A DNA stretch of 64,000 bases, from NCBI GenBank assembly GCA_934129945.1, contig CAKOXC010000004.1:2579-66578 (forward strand), read 5' to 3'. How positions within the stretch are numbered: position 1 is the first letter of the stretch; each line of letters begins with the position of its first letter. This document shows positions 37,459 to 47,409 of the stretch, piece after piece. Position numbers and translations under genes: made by a program. The notes under the pieces were generated by a model that was given only the letters and a program-made list of their open reading frames with translations, made no database searches and was not told the DNA's origin. The stretch is from an uncultured Bacilli bacterium. GTDB lineage: Bacteria; Bacillota_I; Bacilli_A; RF39; UBA660.

Positions 37459-38187
37459 GTGAGAGTTTTGGATTATAAAATAACAATAAATGACTTTGAA
37501 GGCCCATTAGACCTTCTTTTGCATTTAGTAAAAGAAATGAAAATGGATATCTATGAAATCGATACAAGTGTAATTATTGAAGAGTATTTAAAATATATTG
37601 AAAATATGCAAGATTTAAATATTGATATAGCTAGTGAATTTTTAGTAATGGCTGCTGAATTGATTCATTTAAAAAGTAAAATGTTATTAAACATTAAAGA
37701 AGAAACAGAAGAAACTGATGAATATTCAATAGTGTCAGAAGAAGATTTGAAAAATAAAATTATTGAATATGAAAAATTTAAAAATATGAGTGAGATTTTT
37801 AAAAGCTTAGAAGAAACACGTAATGAAGTTTATACAAAAGTTCCAGAAAATTTAAGTAAAATTACTGACACAACAATAACTAATGATGGAAGTATTACCT
37901 TACAAGATTTAATTGATGCTTTTACTAGTTTTCAAAGTAGATTAAAATATTCTAAGCCATTAAATACTCGAATTACCAAAAAAGAGTTGAGTGTAGCAAA
38001 ACGTCGTGAAAGTATTAGAAATATTCTTTCTAAAAAAAATAAAGTAGAATTTGAAGAATTATTTGAACAATTTGATAAGCCTTATATAGTTGTTACATTC
38101 TTAGCAATATTAGATATGAGTAAAAATGATGAAATATTATTAACGCAAGAAAATAATTTTGATAAAATAATGATTGAAAAGAGATGA
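37459..38187 (+). CDS. scpA: Segregation and condensation protein A
   Basis: GPLDLLLHLVKEMKMDIYEIDTSVIIEEYLKYI is the ScpA signature N-terminus; followed by scpB. Confidence 0.8.
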   Translation: MRVLDYKITINDFEGPLDLLLHLVKEMKMDIYEIDTSVIIEEYLKYIENMQDLNIDIASEFLVMAAELIHLKSKMLLNIKEETEETDEYSIVSEEDLKNKIIEYEKFKNMSEIFKSLEETRNEVYTKVPENLSKITDTTITNDGSITLQDLIDAFTSFQSRLKYSKPLNTRITKKELSVAKRRESIRNILSKKNKVEFEELFEQFDKPYIVVTFLAILDMSKNDEILLTQENNFDKIMIEKR

Positions 38188-38758
38188 TTTGATGAATTTA
38201 GTTGGAGTACTTGAAGGAATTCTTTTCGTAGTAGGGGATGAAGGTATAACTTTAAAAGCAATATGTGAGCTTATGGATATTGATATGAATAAAGCAAAAG
38301 AATTATTAAAAGAATTAAAACAAAGTTATGAAAAAGATGATCGTGGAATAAGAATTAGTTATTTAGGTGATTGCTTTAAATTAACTACTAAAAAAGAACA
38401 CAAAGAGTATTATCAAAAATTAGTTAATAATGGAGAAAGTAATTTACTATCACCATCTGCCTTAGAAGTTTTAGCTATAATAGCATATAATCAACCAATA
38501 ACAAGAGCAGAAGTTGATGAACTAAGAGGTGTTTCTTCAGCATTTATGATAAGAAAATTAGTAGCAAAAGGATTACTTAAAGAAGCTGGTAAATCAACAC
38601 TTCCTGGAAGACCAAATCTTTATAAAACAACCAGTGAGTTCTTAGATTATTTTGGACTTGCAACAATAAATGATTTGCCGGAAATAAACATGAGTAATGA
38701 TGAAAATAATGAAACTGAATTATTCACTTCAATATATAAAGATGATCAAGAAAATTAG
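38174..38758 (+). CDS. scpB: Segregation and condensation protein B
   Basis: LEGILFVVGDEGITL...LEVLAIIAYNQPITRAEVDELRGV matches the ScpB winged-helix repeats. Confidence 0.8.
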   Translation: MKRDDLMNLVGVLEGILFVVGDEGITLKAICELMDIDMNKAKELLKELKQSYEKDDRGIRISYLGDCFKLTTKKEHKEYYQKLVNNGESNLLSPSALEVLAIIAYNQPITRAEVDELRGVSSAFMIRKLVAKGLLKEAGKSTLPGRPNLYKTTSEFLDYFGLATINDLPEINMSNDENNETELFTSIYKDDQEN

Positions 38759-38841
38759 AATATTCTAATTTTTTTATTGTCAAAATTTAAAAATTGTTAT
38801 ATACTGTTATTAGTAATCATTATTATTAAGGAAGAAAGATT

Positions 38842-39207
38842 ATGAGAAATACAAAACAAAAAAAATTAGTTTATGATATTATCTATTCAACCTATGATCA
38901 CTTAGATGCTAAAAGTATTTATAACAAAGCTAAGTTAGAAATGCCTAGTATAAGTTTAGCAACTGTTTATAGAATACTTAATGAACTATGTAATCTAGGT
39001 AAAGTACTTAGAATAACTACTGATAATGAAGATCACTTTGATAGAATAGATACCAAGCATGCTCATTTTATATGTAGTAAATGTAATAAAATAATAGATA
39101 TTTTTGATTATACATTAAAATATAAAATGAATGATAATGTTGTATATAATTATGATTTAGTATTTCATGGTATATGTAATGATTGTAAAAGAAATGAGGT
39201 AAAATAA
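38842..39207 (+). CDS. perR: Fur-family transcriptional regulator, PerR-like
   Basis: Fur-like DNA-binding N-terminus; [11 protein letters not shown]...CNDC metal sites; adjacent to rubrerythrin as in clostridial perR-rbr pairs. Confidence 0.65.
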   Translation: MRNTKQKKLVYDIIYSTYDHLDAKSIYNKAKLEMPSISLATVYRILNELCNLGKVLRITTDNEDHFDRIDTKHAHFICSKCNKIIDIFDYTLKYKMNDNVVYNYDLVFHGICNDCKRNEVK

Positions 39208-39746
39208 TGGAATTAAAAGGAACTAAAACAGAAAAAAATTTAATGGAAGCATTTGCTGGTGAAAGTCAAGCAAGAAATAAATATACTTATTTTGCATCTA
39301 AAGCAAAAAAAGATGGTTATGAACAAATAGCAGCTATTTTTGAAGAAACTGCTAATAATGAAAAAGAACATGCTAAACTATGGTTTAAATATTTAGAAGG
39401 TGGCGAAATAAAAGATACTAAAGCTAATTTAGAAGCTGCTGCAAATGGAGAAAATTTTGAATGGACAGATATGTATGAAAGAATGGCTATAGAAGCAGAA
39501 GAAGAAGGATTTAATGAAATAGCAGCTAAATTTAGAATGGTCGGAGCTATTGAAAAAGAACATGAAGAAAGATATAGAAAACTATTAAAAAATATAAATG
39601 ATGAAGTAGTATTTTCTAATGATGAAGATTGTATCTGGATTTGTAGAAATTGTGGTCATGTAGTTATTGGTAAAAAAGCACCACTTGTATGTCCAGTATG
39701 TAACCATAAACAAAGTTTCTTTGAAAGAAAAGCAAATAATTATTAA
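39207..39746 (+). CDS. rbr: Rubrerythrin
   Basis: Ferritin-like diiron domain ([17 protein letters not shown]) plus C-terminal rubredoxin-like CRNCGH...CPVC. Confidence 0.85.
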   Translation: MELKGTKTEKNLMEAFAGESQARNKYTYFASKAKKDGYEQIAAIFEETANNEKEHAKLWFKYLEGGEIKDTKANLEAAANGENFEWTDMYERMAIEAEEEGFNEIAAKFRMVGAIEKEHEERYRKLLKNINDEVVFSNDEDCIWICRNCGHVVIGKKAPLVCPVCNHKQSFFERKANNY

Positions 39747-39797
39747 TAAAAAATATACTTTGTGTTATAATATCCTCCAAGTAAGGGGGATTTTTAT

Positions 39798-40403
39798 ATG
39801 TATGTAAAAGATAAAGAAATGTATCATTTTCATACACCAAATGAATATGATAATTTATGGTATGTAGGTAATGAAATAATAGTAGATGATAGTTTTAATT
39901 CAATGTTTTATGAAATAGGAATGTCTCAAACATTTACAATAAAAGGTGATGATGACACGTTATATCAAGTTGATTATTATTTAAATGAATTCTTAAAAGA
40001 AATAGATAATAAAAGCAAAGAAGATATTATTGAATTACTAAAAGAAGCTACAAATATAACTCATGATATAGCTTTAAGGGATCGTGAGTTATTAATGGAA
40101 GAATGTCGAAGATTATACTATCCCGATAAAGTTAGTAGAAATCATGCTATGTATTTATGTGATGAAAAATCTTTAGATTTTTGGCAAAGTCAATTATCTA
40201 AAGATACTAGTTTATTTAAATTATCTATAACTGGAAAACTATTTCAAAGTCATAATGATTTAGTTCCAAATCGTGCTTTTTCAGGAGAACTTATGATTGA
40301 AGAAGCTAAAAAATACTGGGAAGCTAATTTAGAAAATTGTGATGAAAGTAAAAGTGAATATCTTTTTCAAGGACATGCTAAAATTCTTAAAAAAATTAAA
40401 TAA
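39798..40403 (+). CDS. Hypothetical protein
   Basis: 201 aa soluble ORF with GGGGG RBS; no recognised motif. Confidence 0.4.
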   Translation: MYVKDKEMYHFHTPNEYDNLWYVGNEIIVDDSFNSMFYEIGMSQTFTIKGDDDTLYQVDYYLNEFLKEIDNKSKEDIIELLKEATNITHDIALRDRELLMEECRRLYYPDKVSRNHAMYLCDEKSLDFWQSQLSKDTSLFKLSITGKLFQSHNDLVPNRAFSGELMIEEAKKYWEANLENCDESKSEYLFQGHAKILKKIK

Positions 40404-40485
40404 TTAATACTCTAATAAATTTGAGTATTTTTTTTTTGGAATAATAATGTTATAATTGACATAAGATAGGTGGTTATATGAAAAT

Positions 40486-41580
40486 ATGAAAAATAAAAAG
40501 ACAAAAAAACATTTCTTTAAAAATTTAAGTAAAAAGAAAAAAATAGCTTTAATAGTTATATCAGTACTATTAGTAATAACAATTGGAATAGGTACATATT
40601 TTTGCTTCTTCTATGACAAAGATAATAGTAGTATTAAAAAAGTTATAGATAAAGTTACTAAAAAAGAAGAAGTAAAAAAGATAACTATAGTAGATCCAGA
40701 TTCAAAAACAAGACCTTATGCAGTAATGATTAATAATCTTGGCGTTGCAAGACCTTATCAAAGTGGATTACAAGATGCATATATGATTTATGAATTTATT
40801 GTTGAAGGTGGAATTACAAGATATCTAGCATTATTTAAAGATGTAAATTTTGATAGAATAGGTACTATAAGAAGTTCTAGACATTATTATCTTGACTATG
40901 TTTTAGAAAATGATGCAATTTATGTACACTGGGGTGGAAGTGAATTTGCTTATAATGATATTAGAAACCTTGGTATTAATAATGTTGATGGTATGACTTA
41001 TGGTGGAAAATATTTTTGGAAAGATAAATCATTAAACGTGTCAACAGAACATACAGCGTATAGTAAAACAGAAATGATTAATAATGCAGTTAATAAATTA
41101 GGTTATCGTAAAGAAACGGATAAAGGATTACTATTAAATTATAGTGTTGATCCAGTTGATCTTTCAAACGATGAAACAAGTATTGATGCAAATAGTATAG
41201 ATATTGTATATTCTAATGTAATTAAAGATCACTATGATTATGATAGTGAAAATAAAGTTTATAAAAGAAGTGTAAATGGTAAAGCACATACTGATTATGT
41301 AACAAAACAACAATATACATTTAAGAATATAATTACATATCAAGTAGAAAATACTATGATAGCTGGTGATTATAAAGGAAGACAAAACTTAAATAATATT
41401 GGTAGTGGTGAAGGATATTATATAAGTGAAGGAAAAGCTGTAAAAATAACTTGGTCAAAATCAAGTAGGGAAGCTAAGACTGTTTATAAATTAAAATCTA
41501 CAGGTGAAGAATTAAAAGTAAATGATGGTAACACATTTATTCAAGTACAACCTTTAAATCAAGAATTAACAATATCATAA
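40486..41580 (+). CDS. DUF3048-family membrane-anchored/lipoprotein
   Basis: N-terminal TM; TRPYAVMINNLGVARPYQSGLQDAYMIYEFIVEGGITRYLALF matches the conserved DUF3048 core. Confidence 0.55.
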   Translation: MKNKKTKKHFFKNLSKKKKIALIVISVLLVITIGIGTYFCFFYDKDNSSIKKVIDKVTKKEEVKKITIVDPDSKTRPYAVMINNLGVARPYQSGLQDAYMIYEFIVEGGITRYLALFKDVNFDRIGTIRSSRHYYLDYVLENDAIYVHWGGSEFAYNDIRNLGINNVDGMTYGGKYFWKDKSLNVSTEHTAYSKTEMINNAVNKLGYRKETDKGLLLNYSVDPVDLSNDETSIDANSIDIVYSNVIKDHYDYDSENKVYKRSVNGKAHTDYVTKQQYTFKNIITYQVENTMIAGDYKGRQNLNNIGSGEGYYISEGKAVKITWSKSSREAKTVYKLKSTGEELKVNDGNTFIQVQPLNQELTIS

Positions 41581-41619
41581 AATAAAATTTAAAGCATATC
41601 TTTTAGTAGGAGGAATTAT

Positions 41620-42000
41620 ATGGATGCATTTACTAATTTTTTAGCAAACAATTATGTGTGGTTTTTAATTATTTCTTTAATATTAATTTTTGCTTTAATT
41701 GGGTATTTAGTTGATTCTAAAGAAATAAAAAGTGGTAAAAAAATAAAAAAACAAAAGGAAGAATTAAAAGTAGTTGATTTTTCTACTATTGATCAAAGTA
41801 AATCTTTAAATCAAAGCATAAAAGAAGAAAATAAAACTGATTTAAATTTAGATAACTATGTCAATAAAACTAATGAGGTTAATAAAACTACAGAAGAAAA
41901 TCTAAATACCTTAAATGATTCTAATGAAAAAAATGGGTTAAATACTATTAACTTAGATGAAGCAGGAGAAATACCTGATTTAGAAGAACCTCAAAAATAA
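41620..42000 (+). CDS. Hypothetical membrane-anchored protein
   Basis: N-terminal TM then an acidic low-complexity region. Confidence 0.35.
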   Translation: MDAFTNFLANNYVWFLIISLILIFALIGYLVDSKEIKSGKKIKKQKEELKVVDFSTIDQSKSLNQSIKEENKTDLNLDNYVNKTNEVNKTTEENLNTLNDSNEKNGLNTINLDEAGEIPDLEEPQK

Positions 42001-42088
42001 GAAAATGAATTTAAATAAAATGTAAATGAATAAAATAAGTATTGAATTACTTATTTTATTTTTTTATAATATTTATAGGGTGATAATA

Positions 42089-42541
42089 ATGGATTATAAA
42101 TATACTTCAAGAAGCGAAAAAGATACAATGGAACTTGCACAAAATATCGAAAGTGAAAAATTTCCAGGAATGATTATCTGCCTTAACGGTGAACTTGGCA
42201 GTGGAAAAACAGTATTTGTTAAAGGATTTGCACAAGCACTTGGAATTGATGAAACAATTACGAGTCCAACATTCAATTTAGTAAAAGAATATTTAAGTGG
42301 AGAAATGCCATTATATCACATGGATGTATATCGTTTGGAAAATTCATGTGAAACAGTTGGATTTGATGATTATTTTAATAAAGATGCAGTTTCAATAGTT
42401 GAGTGGTCAGATATGATTTGTGATTGTCTTCCAGAAGAAAGATTAGAAATTAAATTTAAGGTAATTGATGAGAATACAAGAGTATTATATTTAAAACCAA
42501 TAGGTGAAAAATATATTAACTTGGTTGAATCAGTATTATAG
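42089..42541 (+). CDS. tsaE: tRNA threonylcarbamoyladenosine biosynthesis protein TsaE
   Basis: LNGELGSGKTVFVKGFAQALGI P-loop and downstream TsaE-specific motifs; start chosen at the internal ATG (MDYKYTS...). Confidence 0.8.
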   Translation: MDYKYTSRSEKDTMELAQNIESEKFPGMIICLNGELGSGKTVFVKGFAQALGIDETITSPTFNLVKEYLSGEMPLYHMDVYRLENSCETVGFDDYFNKDAVSIVEWSDMICDCLPEERLEIKFKVIDENTRVLYLKPIGEKYINLVESVL

Positions 42542-42607
42542 AAGAATTATCTTCTTTTTTTTTATTTTTTGTGATAAAATTAATTACTGGTAAGTGGAGT
42601 GATTGAT

Positions 42608-43171
42608 ATGTATTCATTATTTATAGATACACATAACGAATTAATAAAAATTATTTTATTTAAAGATGGTAAAATATTAACTGATAAAGAAAAAATGTCT
42701 AATATGCAACACAGTGTTTATACAATGCCAATGATTGAAGAAACTTTAAAAGAAAATAATATTGAAAGTAGTAATTTAAATGAAATAATTGTTGTAAATG
42801 GACCTGGATCATTTACAGGAGTAAGAATTGGTGTAACAATAGCAAAAACTATGGCTTACTTATTAAATATTCCAATTAAATCTATAGACACTTTAAAAAT
42901 GCAAGCATTATTAATAGATAAAGATAAAAAAATAGTTATTGAAAATGAGAAAAATGGTAAATATTTAGGTATGTTTGATAAAAATAATAATATTATTCAA
43001 AAATATAAATATATGAAAAATAGTGAATTTGAAGAATTTATAAAAGATAATATTATTGATGAAGTAAAAATAAATTATGAGATGTTATATGAAAAATTAA
43101 AGGATGAACAAAATATTAATCCTCATGCAGTAAATCCTTTATATATTAAAGTAATTGAGGTATTAAAATGA
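42608..43171 (+). CDS. tsaB: tRNA threonylcarbamoyladenosine biosynthesis protein TsaB
   Basis: MYSLFIDTHNELIKIILFKDGKIL...VVNGPGSFTGVRIGVTIAKTMAY is the YeaZ/TsaB signature. Confidence 0.75.
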   Translation: MYSLFIDTHNELIKIILFKDGKILTDKEKMSNMQHSVYTMPMIEETLKENNIESSNLNEIIVVNGPGSFTGVRIGVTIAKTMAYLLNIPIKSIDTLKMQALLIDKDKKIVIENEKNGKYLGMFDKNNNIIQKYKYMKNSEFEEFIKDNIIDEVKINYEMLYEKLKDEQNINPHAVNPLYIKVIEVLK

Positions 43172-43599
43172 TAAGGAAAGCTAATATAAAAGATAAAGAA
43201 GATATAATAAGACTTGGTAATTTAGTTAATCATAATTTTTCAAGTGTCTATGACATGGATGAATATTTTTCAAATGATTATAATGTGATTTATTTAGATA
43301 TTGAAAATGGAAAAATAGTTGGTATGATTATGGCAATTATTTTATATGAATCATGTGAAGTACTAAATATTGTAGTAGAGGACAATTTTAGAAGAAAAGG
43401 TATTGCTTCTAATCTTATGGATACATTAATTTCAGAATTTCCTGAAAATATAGAAATACTTACTTTAGAGGTTGATGTAAATAATAAAAATGCTATAAAA
43501 TTATATCAAAAATTTGGTTTAGAAATAATAAATACTAGAAAAGATTATTATGAAAATAGTGATGCCTATTTAATGGGGGTAAAATATGAAAGATGTTAA
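43168..43599 (+). CDS. rimI: Ribosomal-protein-alanine N-acetyltransferase (GNAT)
   Basis: GNAT motif RRKGIASNLM; canonical tsaE-tsaB-rimI-tsaD arrangement. Confidence 0.75.
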   Translation: MIRKANIKDKEDIIRLGNLVNHNFSSVYDMDEYFSNDYNVIYLDIENGKIVGMIMAIILYESCEVLNIVVEDNFRRKGIASNLMDTLISEFPENIEILTLEVDVNNKNAIKLYQKFGLEIINTRKDYYENSDAYLMGVKYERC

Positions 43600-44611
43600 C
43601 ATTTTAGCTATTGAATCATCATGTGATGAAACTTCAATGGCAATTATAAAAAATGGAAGTGAAGTTGTAAGTCTTACAATTTTAACACAAATGGATACAC
43701 ATGCAGAGTTTGGTGGAGTAGTGCCTGAAATTGCTTCACGTATGCATACAGAAAATATTACTATGGTTTTAGATGAAACACTAAAAAAAGCATCTTTATC
43801 TAAAGATGATATAGATGCTATAGCTGTTACTTATGCTCCTGGATTACTTGGAAGTTTACTTGTAGGGTTAGAATGTGCTAAAACAATTGCACTTGTTTGG
43901 AATAAACCATTAATTAAAATTAATCATACAATCGGGCATATTTATGCTAATAATTTAATTAAAAAAATGCAATTTCCTCTTTTAGCTTTAATAGTAAGTG
44001 GTGGACATACCGATATGGTAATTATGAAAGATGATTATGAATTTGAAATTTTAGGTTCTACTTTGGATGATTCTATTGGGGAAGTTTATGATAAAGTTGC
44101 AAGAGTACTTGAATTAAAATATCCTGGTGGCCCTAATGTAGAAAAAATGGCCTTAAATGGAACTTATTCTTATGATTTACCAAAACCAGTAAATGATAGT
44201 ACATATAATTTTAGTTTTAGTGGATTAAAAAGTGCGGTTATTAATTTAGTTCATAATGAAGAACAAAGAAATCATGAAATTAGAAAAGAAGATTTAGCAT
44301 GTAGTTTTCAAACTATTGCTATTGATGAATTAGTTAGAAAAGTAGAGTTGGCTTTAAAAAATACTGGCATTAAAAATATGATTATTGCTGGTGGCGTTTC
44401 TGCTAATAAATATTTAAGAGAGCAAATGAAGATTGTGTGTGAAAAATACAACGTAGATTTAACTGTTCCTGATTTGATTTATTGTACAGATAATGCTGCT
44501 ATGATTGGAGCTGCTGCATATCCTCTTTATTTAAAAAAAGAATTCTGTGGTTTGGATACAAATGCTTCAAGTCAAATATCAATAAAATATTATGATACTT
44601 CAAAAAAATAA
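43586..44611 (+). CDS. tsaD: tRNA N6-adenosine threonylcarbamoyltransferase TsaD
   Basis: ILAIESSCDETSMAI, HMHTEN-like metal site, SGGVSANKYLR: Kae1/TsaD family. Confidence 0.9.
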   Translation: MKDVNILAIESSCDETSMAIIKNGSEVVSLTILTQMDTHAEFGGVVPEIASRMHTENITMVLDETLKKASLSKDDIDAIAVTYAPGLLGSLLVGLECAKTIALVWNKPLIKINHTIGHIYANNLIKKMQFPLLALIVSGGHTDMVIMKDDYEFEILGSTLDDSIGEVYDKVARVLELKYPGGPNVEKMALNGTYSYDLPKPVNDSTYNFSFSGLKSAVINLVHNEEQRNHEIRKEDLACSFQTIAIDELVRKVELALKNTGIKNMIIAGGVSANKYLREQMKIVCEKYNVDLTVPDLIYCTDNAAMIGAAAYPLYLKKEFCGLDTNASSQISIKYYDTSKK

Positions 44612-44709
44612 TGAAAAGTAAAAATGGTGGACAAATATACTTAAATATTCTATAGTAAATAAACATAGTAATTATGTTGTTCAATTTTTTGTATATAATA
44701 TAAAAAAGC

Positions 44710-44745
44710 AGGTGAAGCCAGCCTTAAATGGCAGCTAAAAAAGTA
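44710..44745 (+). ncRNA. Single ToxI/antiQ-like type III antitoxin RNA repeat unit (degenerate array)
   Basis: AGGTGAAGCCAGCCTTAAATGGCAGCTAAAAAAGT resembles, from memory, the about 36-nt ToxI repeat consensus (AGGTGA...CTTTAAGTGCAGCTAGAAA); followed by terminator and toxin gene as in toxIN loci. Confidence 0.4.
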
Positions 44746-44747
44746 GG

Positions 44748-44778
44748 TTAGAGAGCAGACTCTAATCTTTTATTTTTA
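44748..44778 (+). terminator. Rho-independent terminator between antitoxin-RNA repeat and toxin ORF
   Basis: TTAGAG-agcaga-CTCTAA hairpin then T-rich run ATCTTTTATTTTTAT. Confidence 0.5.
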
Positions 44779-44796
44779 TAAAAACAGGGAGGTTAA

Positions 44797-45254
44797 ATGT
44801 ATAAAAAATTAAAAATTGTAAAAGTTAATTCAAAGTATTGCGACTATTTAAGAAAATATGATTGTAGAGTTTCTTTTAATGCTGGTTCTAAATAATTAAG
44901 GCCATTTATTGGGGTACTTTTTAAAAATTGAAAAATACTTTAGACTTAATAAAAATAAAAAATGGTAAATACGGTGTTATAAATTTTAATAATATGATTC
45001 CTGTCTATGAAGAAGTGTATAGTGTATTTGATTTAAATAATAAACCTATTGATAATACAGAAATAAAAAGATTTGAATTATTAAACAATCAGTTACGTTG
45101 GATTAATGAAAATAGAAAAGAAATATTACTTAAATCAAAACTTCTTTATCATTTATATACTACTAATAAACTTCCTGATAACGTAAAAAGTAGATGCTGT
45201 AATTTTCTTATATTAGAAAAAAATTGCTTGAATTATAAAAAAAGCCAAAGATAA
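44797..45254 (+). pseudogene. ToxN/AbiQ-family type III toxin (endoribonuclease), apparently disrupted (two ORF fragments, central segment missing)
   Basis: N-fragment MYKKLKIVKVNSKYCDYLRKYDCRV matches ToxN/AbiQ N-terminus (MKFYTISSKYIEYLKEFDDKV); C-fragment GVINFNNMIPV...CNFLILEKN matches ToxN LINLKFMIPI...CNFSLLEEK; about 40 aa of the middle is absent and the frames differ. Confidence 0.55.
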
Positions 45255-45263
45255 AGGCTTTTT

Positions 45264-47324
45264 TTATAACCAAAACTGTATCATGTTTGATAACTGTTGA
45301 TAAACAGTAGAATTATAATATTTAAGACTATAATTTAAATCTACTGGTATTAAAAAGTAATTGAATAAAGTACTACTTAAAAATAATATAATAAATACTA
45401 AATTTATATAATACTTTTCTTTATCATTAAATTTATCAATATTATTAAATAAAGCAAGTAAGCAAATGGCTGTTGCTAAAAATAATAACCATGAAAAATC
45501 TAACATATATCTTGGTAATATTCCAGCCATTTGAGTATCTAGAATTACCAAAACTACAGCAATTATGTTGCACATAATTGTTAATGTATATACATTAGGG
45601 TTATTTATTAAATTCTTAAATTTCTTTACAAATAATCCTACTATTAGAATTAAGTTACAAGCAATTAATCCACCAAATAATGGCTCAGAAATAGTAACTC
45701 CCATGTACTGAGTATCTACAAAAATTTTATTAATAAACGGGAAAACTAATGATATATCAGGACTTTTAAATAACATATAATAAATTCCTAAGAAAACTCT
45801 ATCTATATTGAAACCTCTTAATGTCATATCATTAGTAGTTAGATTATAATTAGCTCCAAAATCAAAAGGTGATGAAAATCTTATATAGTTATAATACATT
45901 AAAGCAAGTCCTACAAGAGCAAATGGTATTGCAAATACCATTAATTTTTTTAGTAATTCTTTTTCTTTTAAATAATCTTTAAATATTGGAATACAAAATA
46001 AAGAAGTTAAAAGAAGTTGAGGTCTACATCCAGCAACTAGTGCCATTGAAAAAGAACCTAAAAATACTAATTTTAAATTTAATTTACCATAACTTGTTGA
46101 TTTGAGCCATAAATATAATCCTAAAATACTAAAGAATATTGCACTAACTATTGGAACATTATATAGATCAGGTCTTTTTAAAGCATATAGTAAATAAGAA
46201 CCGTTTATCATTAAACTTGTTATTAATAAAAAAGATAATGTAGAAATATTTTTAAAATATTTTTTACATAATTCTTTTAAAAGAAGCAATAATGTAAGTA
46301 GAATAAATACTCCAAAAATAAATATGTAAGTAGAATTTTTTAAGTCATTGTTAGTTATTAAGTAATAAGGAAAGTATGCAATAACTACTGGAACAACACC
46401 AAAATAAACATAATATTTATTATTGTAAAATGCATAATCCCATAAATATTTTTCGTTTTCTTCCAGTAGAATTCTTTCACGGTAATTAGTATCATAAGGA
46501 TTTTTTAAATTTTTTAAAGAATCACTAACTTTATAATCTATATCAACTCTTTTATTTTTAAAAGAATTTGCAAGTTCATTATATTCTAATTGATTAAAGC
46601 CAGTAGGGTTATTAAAATAATTATTAATTTTACTTAAATTATAAAATAGAAATATATTAAAAATAATAAAAGAAGTAATTAAAATATAATTGAATTTTTT
46701 ATTATATTTTTCATTAGTAATTAATTTAAATTTATATAATGAACTTCTAGGTCTTATAAAGTAAATAAAACATAAAGAAATAAATAGTATAAAAAATCTT
46801 AAATAATTAAAAGCGAATGGTTTTACCACATTGGCTGTAAAACCATTTATTTTTATTTCATTTTTAAATTTCAAAAAATCATTATCTTTATATAATTTAA
46901 AACGAATTTTTAATTTATGAGCATTTCCGCTTAAATTTAATTTAACATATTTACTATTTTCAATGTTATTAGTTATTGTCCTTTTAGGAAGACGGTAGTA
47001 AATTTTGTTACCTGTATCTTTGGCGTACAATTTATATTCAACAACATTATCTAAAGATTCTAAGTCTAAATATAAATTGTTAATTTTTTTATAAATATTA
47101 TCTATTACAATATAATTACTTTCATTAGTTATTTTATATGTATTATTACCGGTCTTAACCATACCATTATAACTTGTAACTGATAAATTTAAATTATTTT
47201 TATAAAATAATGATTCATAAAAGCGAAAATTAAATACAAATATTTCTAAGAATAAAGAAATACTTAAAAATAATATTATCTTTTTTATGTAATTTTTTTC
47301 TAATAAACTTTTGATTTTATTCAT
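45264..47324 (-). CDS. Large polytopic membrane protein with N-terminal extracytoplasmic domain; YfhO/GT-C-like candidate
   Basis: 686 aa; N-terminal TM, about 150 aa soluble domain, then at least 10 TM helices; divergently paired with a GT2 gene. Confidence 0.45.
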   Translation of the reverse strand: MNKIKSLLEKNYIKKIILFLSISLFLEIFVFNFRFYESLFYKNNLNLSVTSYNGMVKTGNNTYKITNESNYIVIDNIYKKINNLYLDLESLDNVVEYKLYAKDTGNKIYYRLPKRTITNNIENSKYVKLNLSGNAHKLKIRFKLYKDNDFLKFKNEIKINGFTANVVKPFAFNYLRFFILFISLCFIYFIRPRSSLYKFKLITNEKYNKKFNYILITSFIIFNIFLFYNLSKINNYFNNPTGFNQLEYNELANSFKNKRVDIDYKVSDSLKNLKNPYDTNYRERILLEENEKYLWDYAFYNNKYYVYFGVVPVVIAYFPYYLITNNDLKNSTYIFIFGVFILLTLLLLLKELCKKYFKNISTLSFLLITSLMINGSYLLYALKRPDLYNVPIVSAIFFSILGLYLWLKSTSYGKLNLKLVFLGSFSMALVAGCRPQLLLTSLFCIPIFKDYLKEKELLKKLMVFAIPFALVGLALMYYNYIRFSSPFDFGANYNLTTNDMTLRGFNIDRVFLGIYYMLFKSPDISLVFPFINKIFVDTQYMGVTISEPLFGGLIACNLILIVGLFVKKFKNLINNPNVYTLTIMCNIIAVVLVILDTQMAGILPRYMLDFSWLLFLATAICLLALFNNIDKFNDKEKYYINLVFIILFLSSTLFNYFLIPVDLNYSLKYYNSTVYQQLSNMIQFWL

Positions 47325-47409
47325 ATAAATCTCTCCAGTAAATATTTTAACACATAATTCTTATTTCAAAAACTTAAATTTTAAGATATAATTATTATGG
47401 GGCGATTAT

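Noticed and set aside
42026-42088. N-terminal extension of the tsaE ORF (MNKISIELLILFFYNIYRVII...)
   Set aside because: It is a hydrophobic, low-complexity extension not present in TsaE family proteins. The internal ATG at 42089 gives the canonical N-terminus.
44612-44796. Multi-repeat ToxI-like antitoxin array
   Set aside because: Only one unit is recognisable. No tandem repetition is visible, so it is called a degenerate remnant rather than a functional array.
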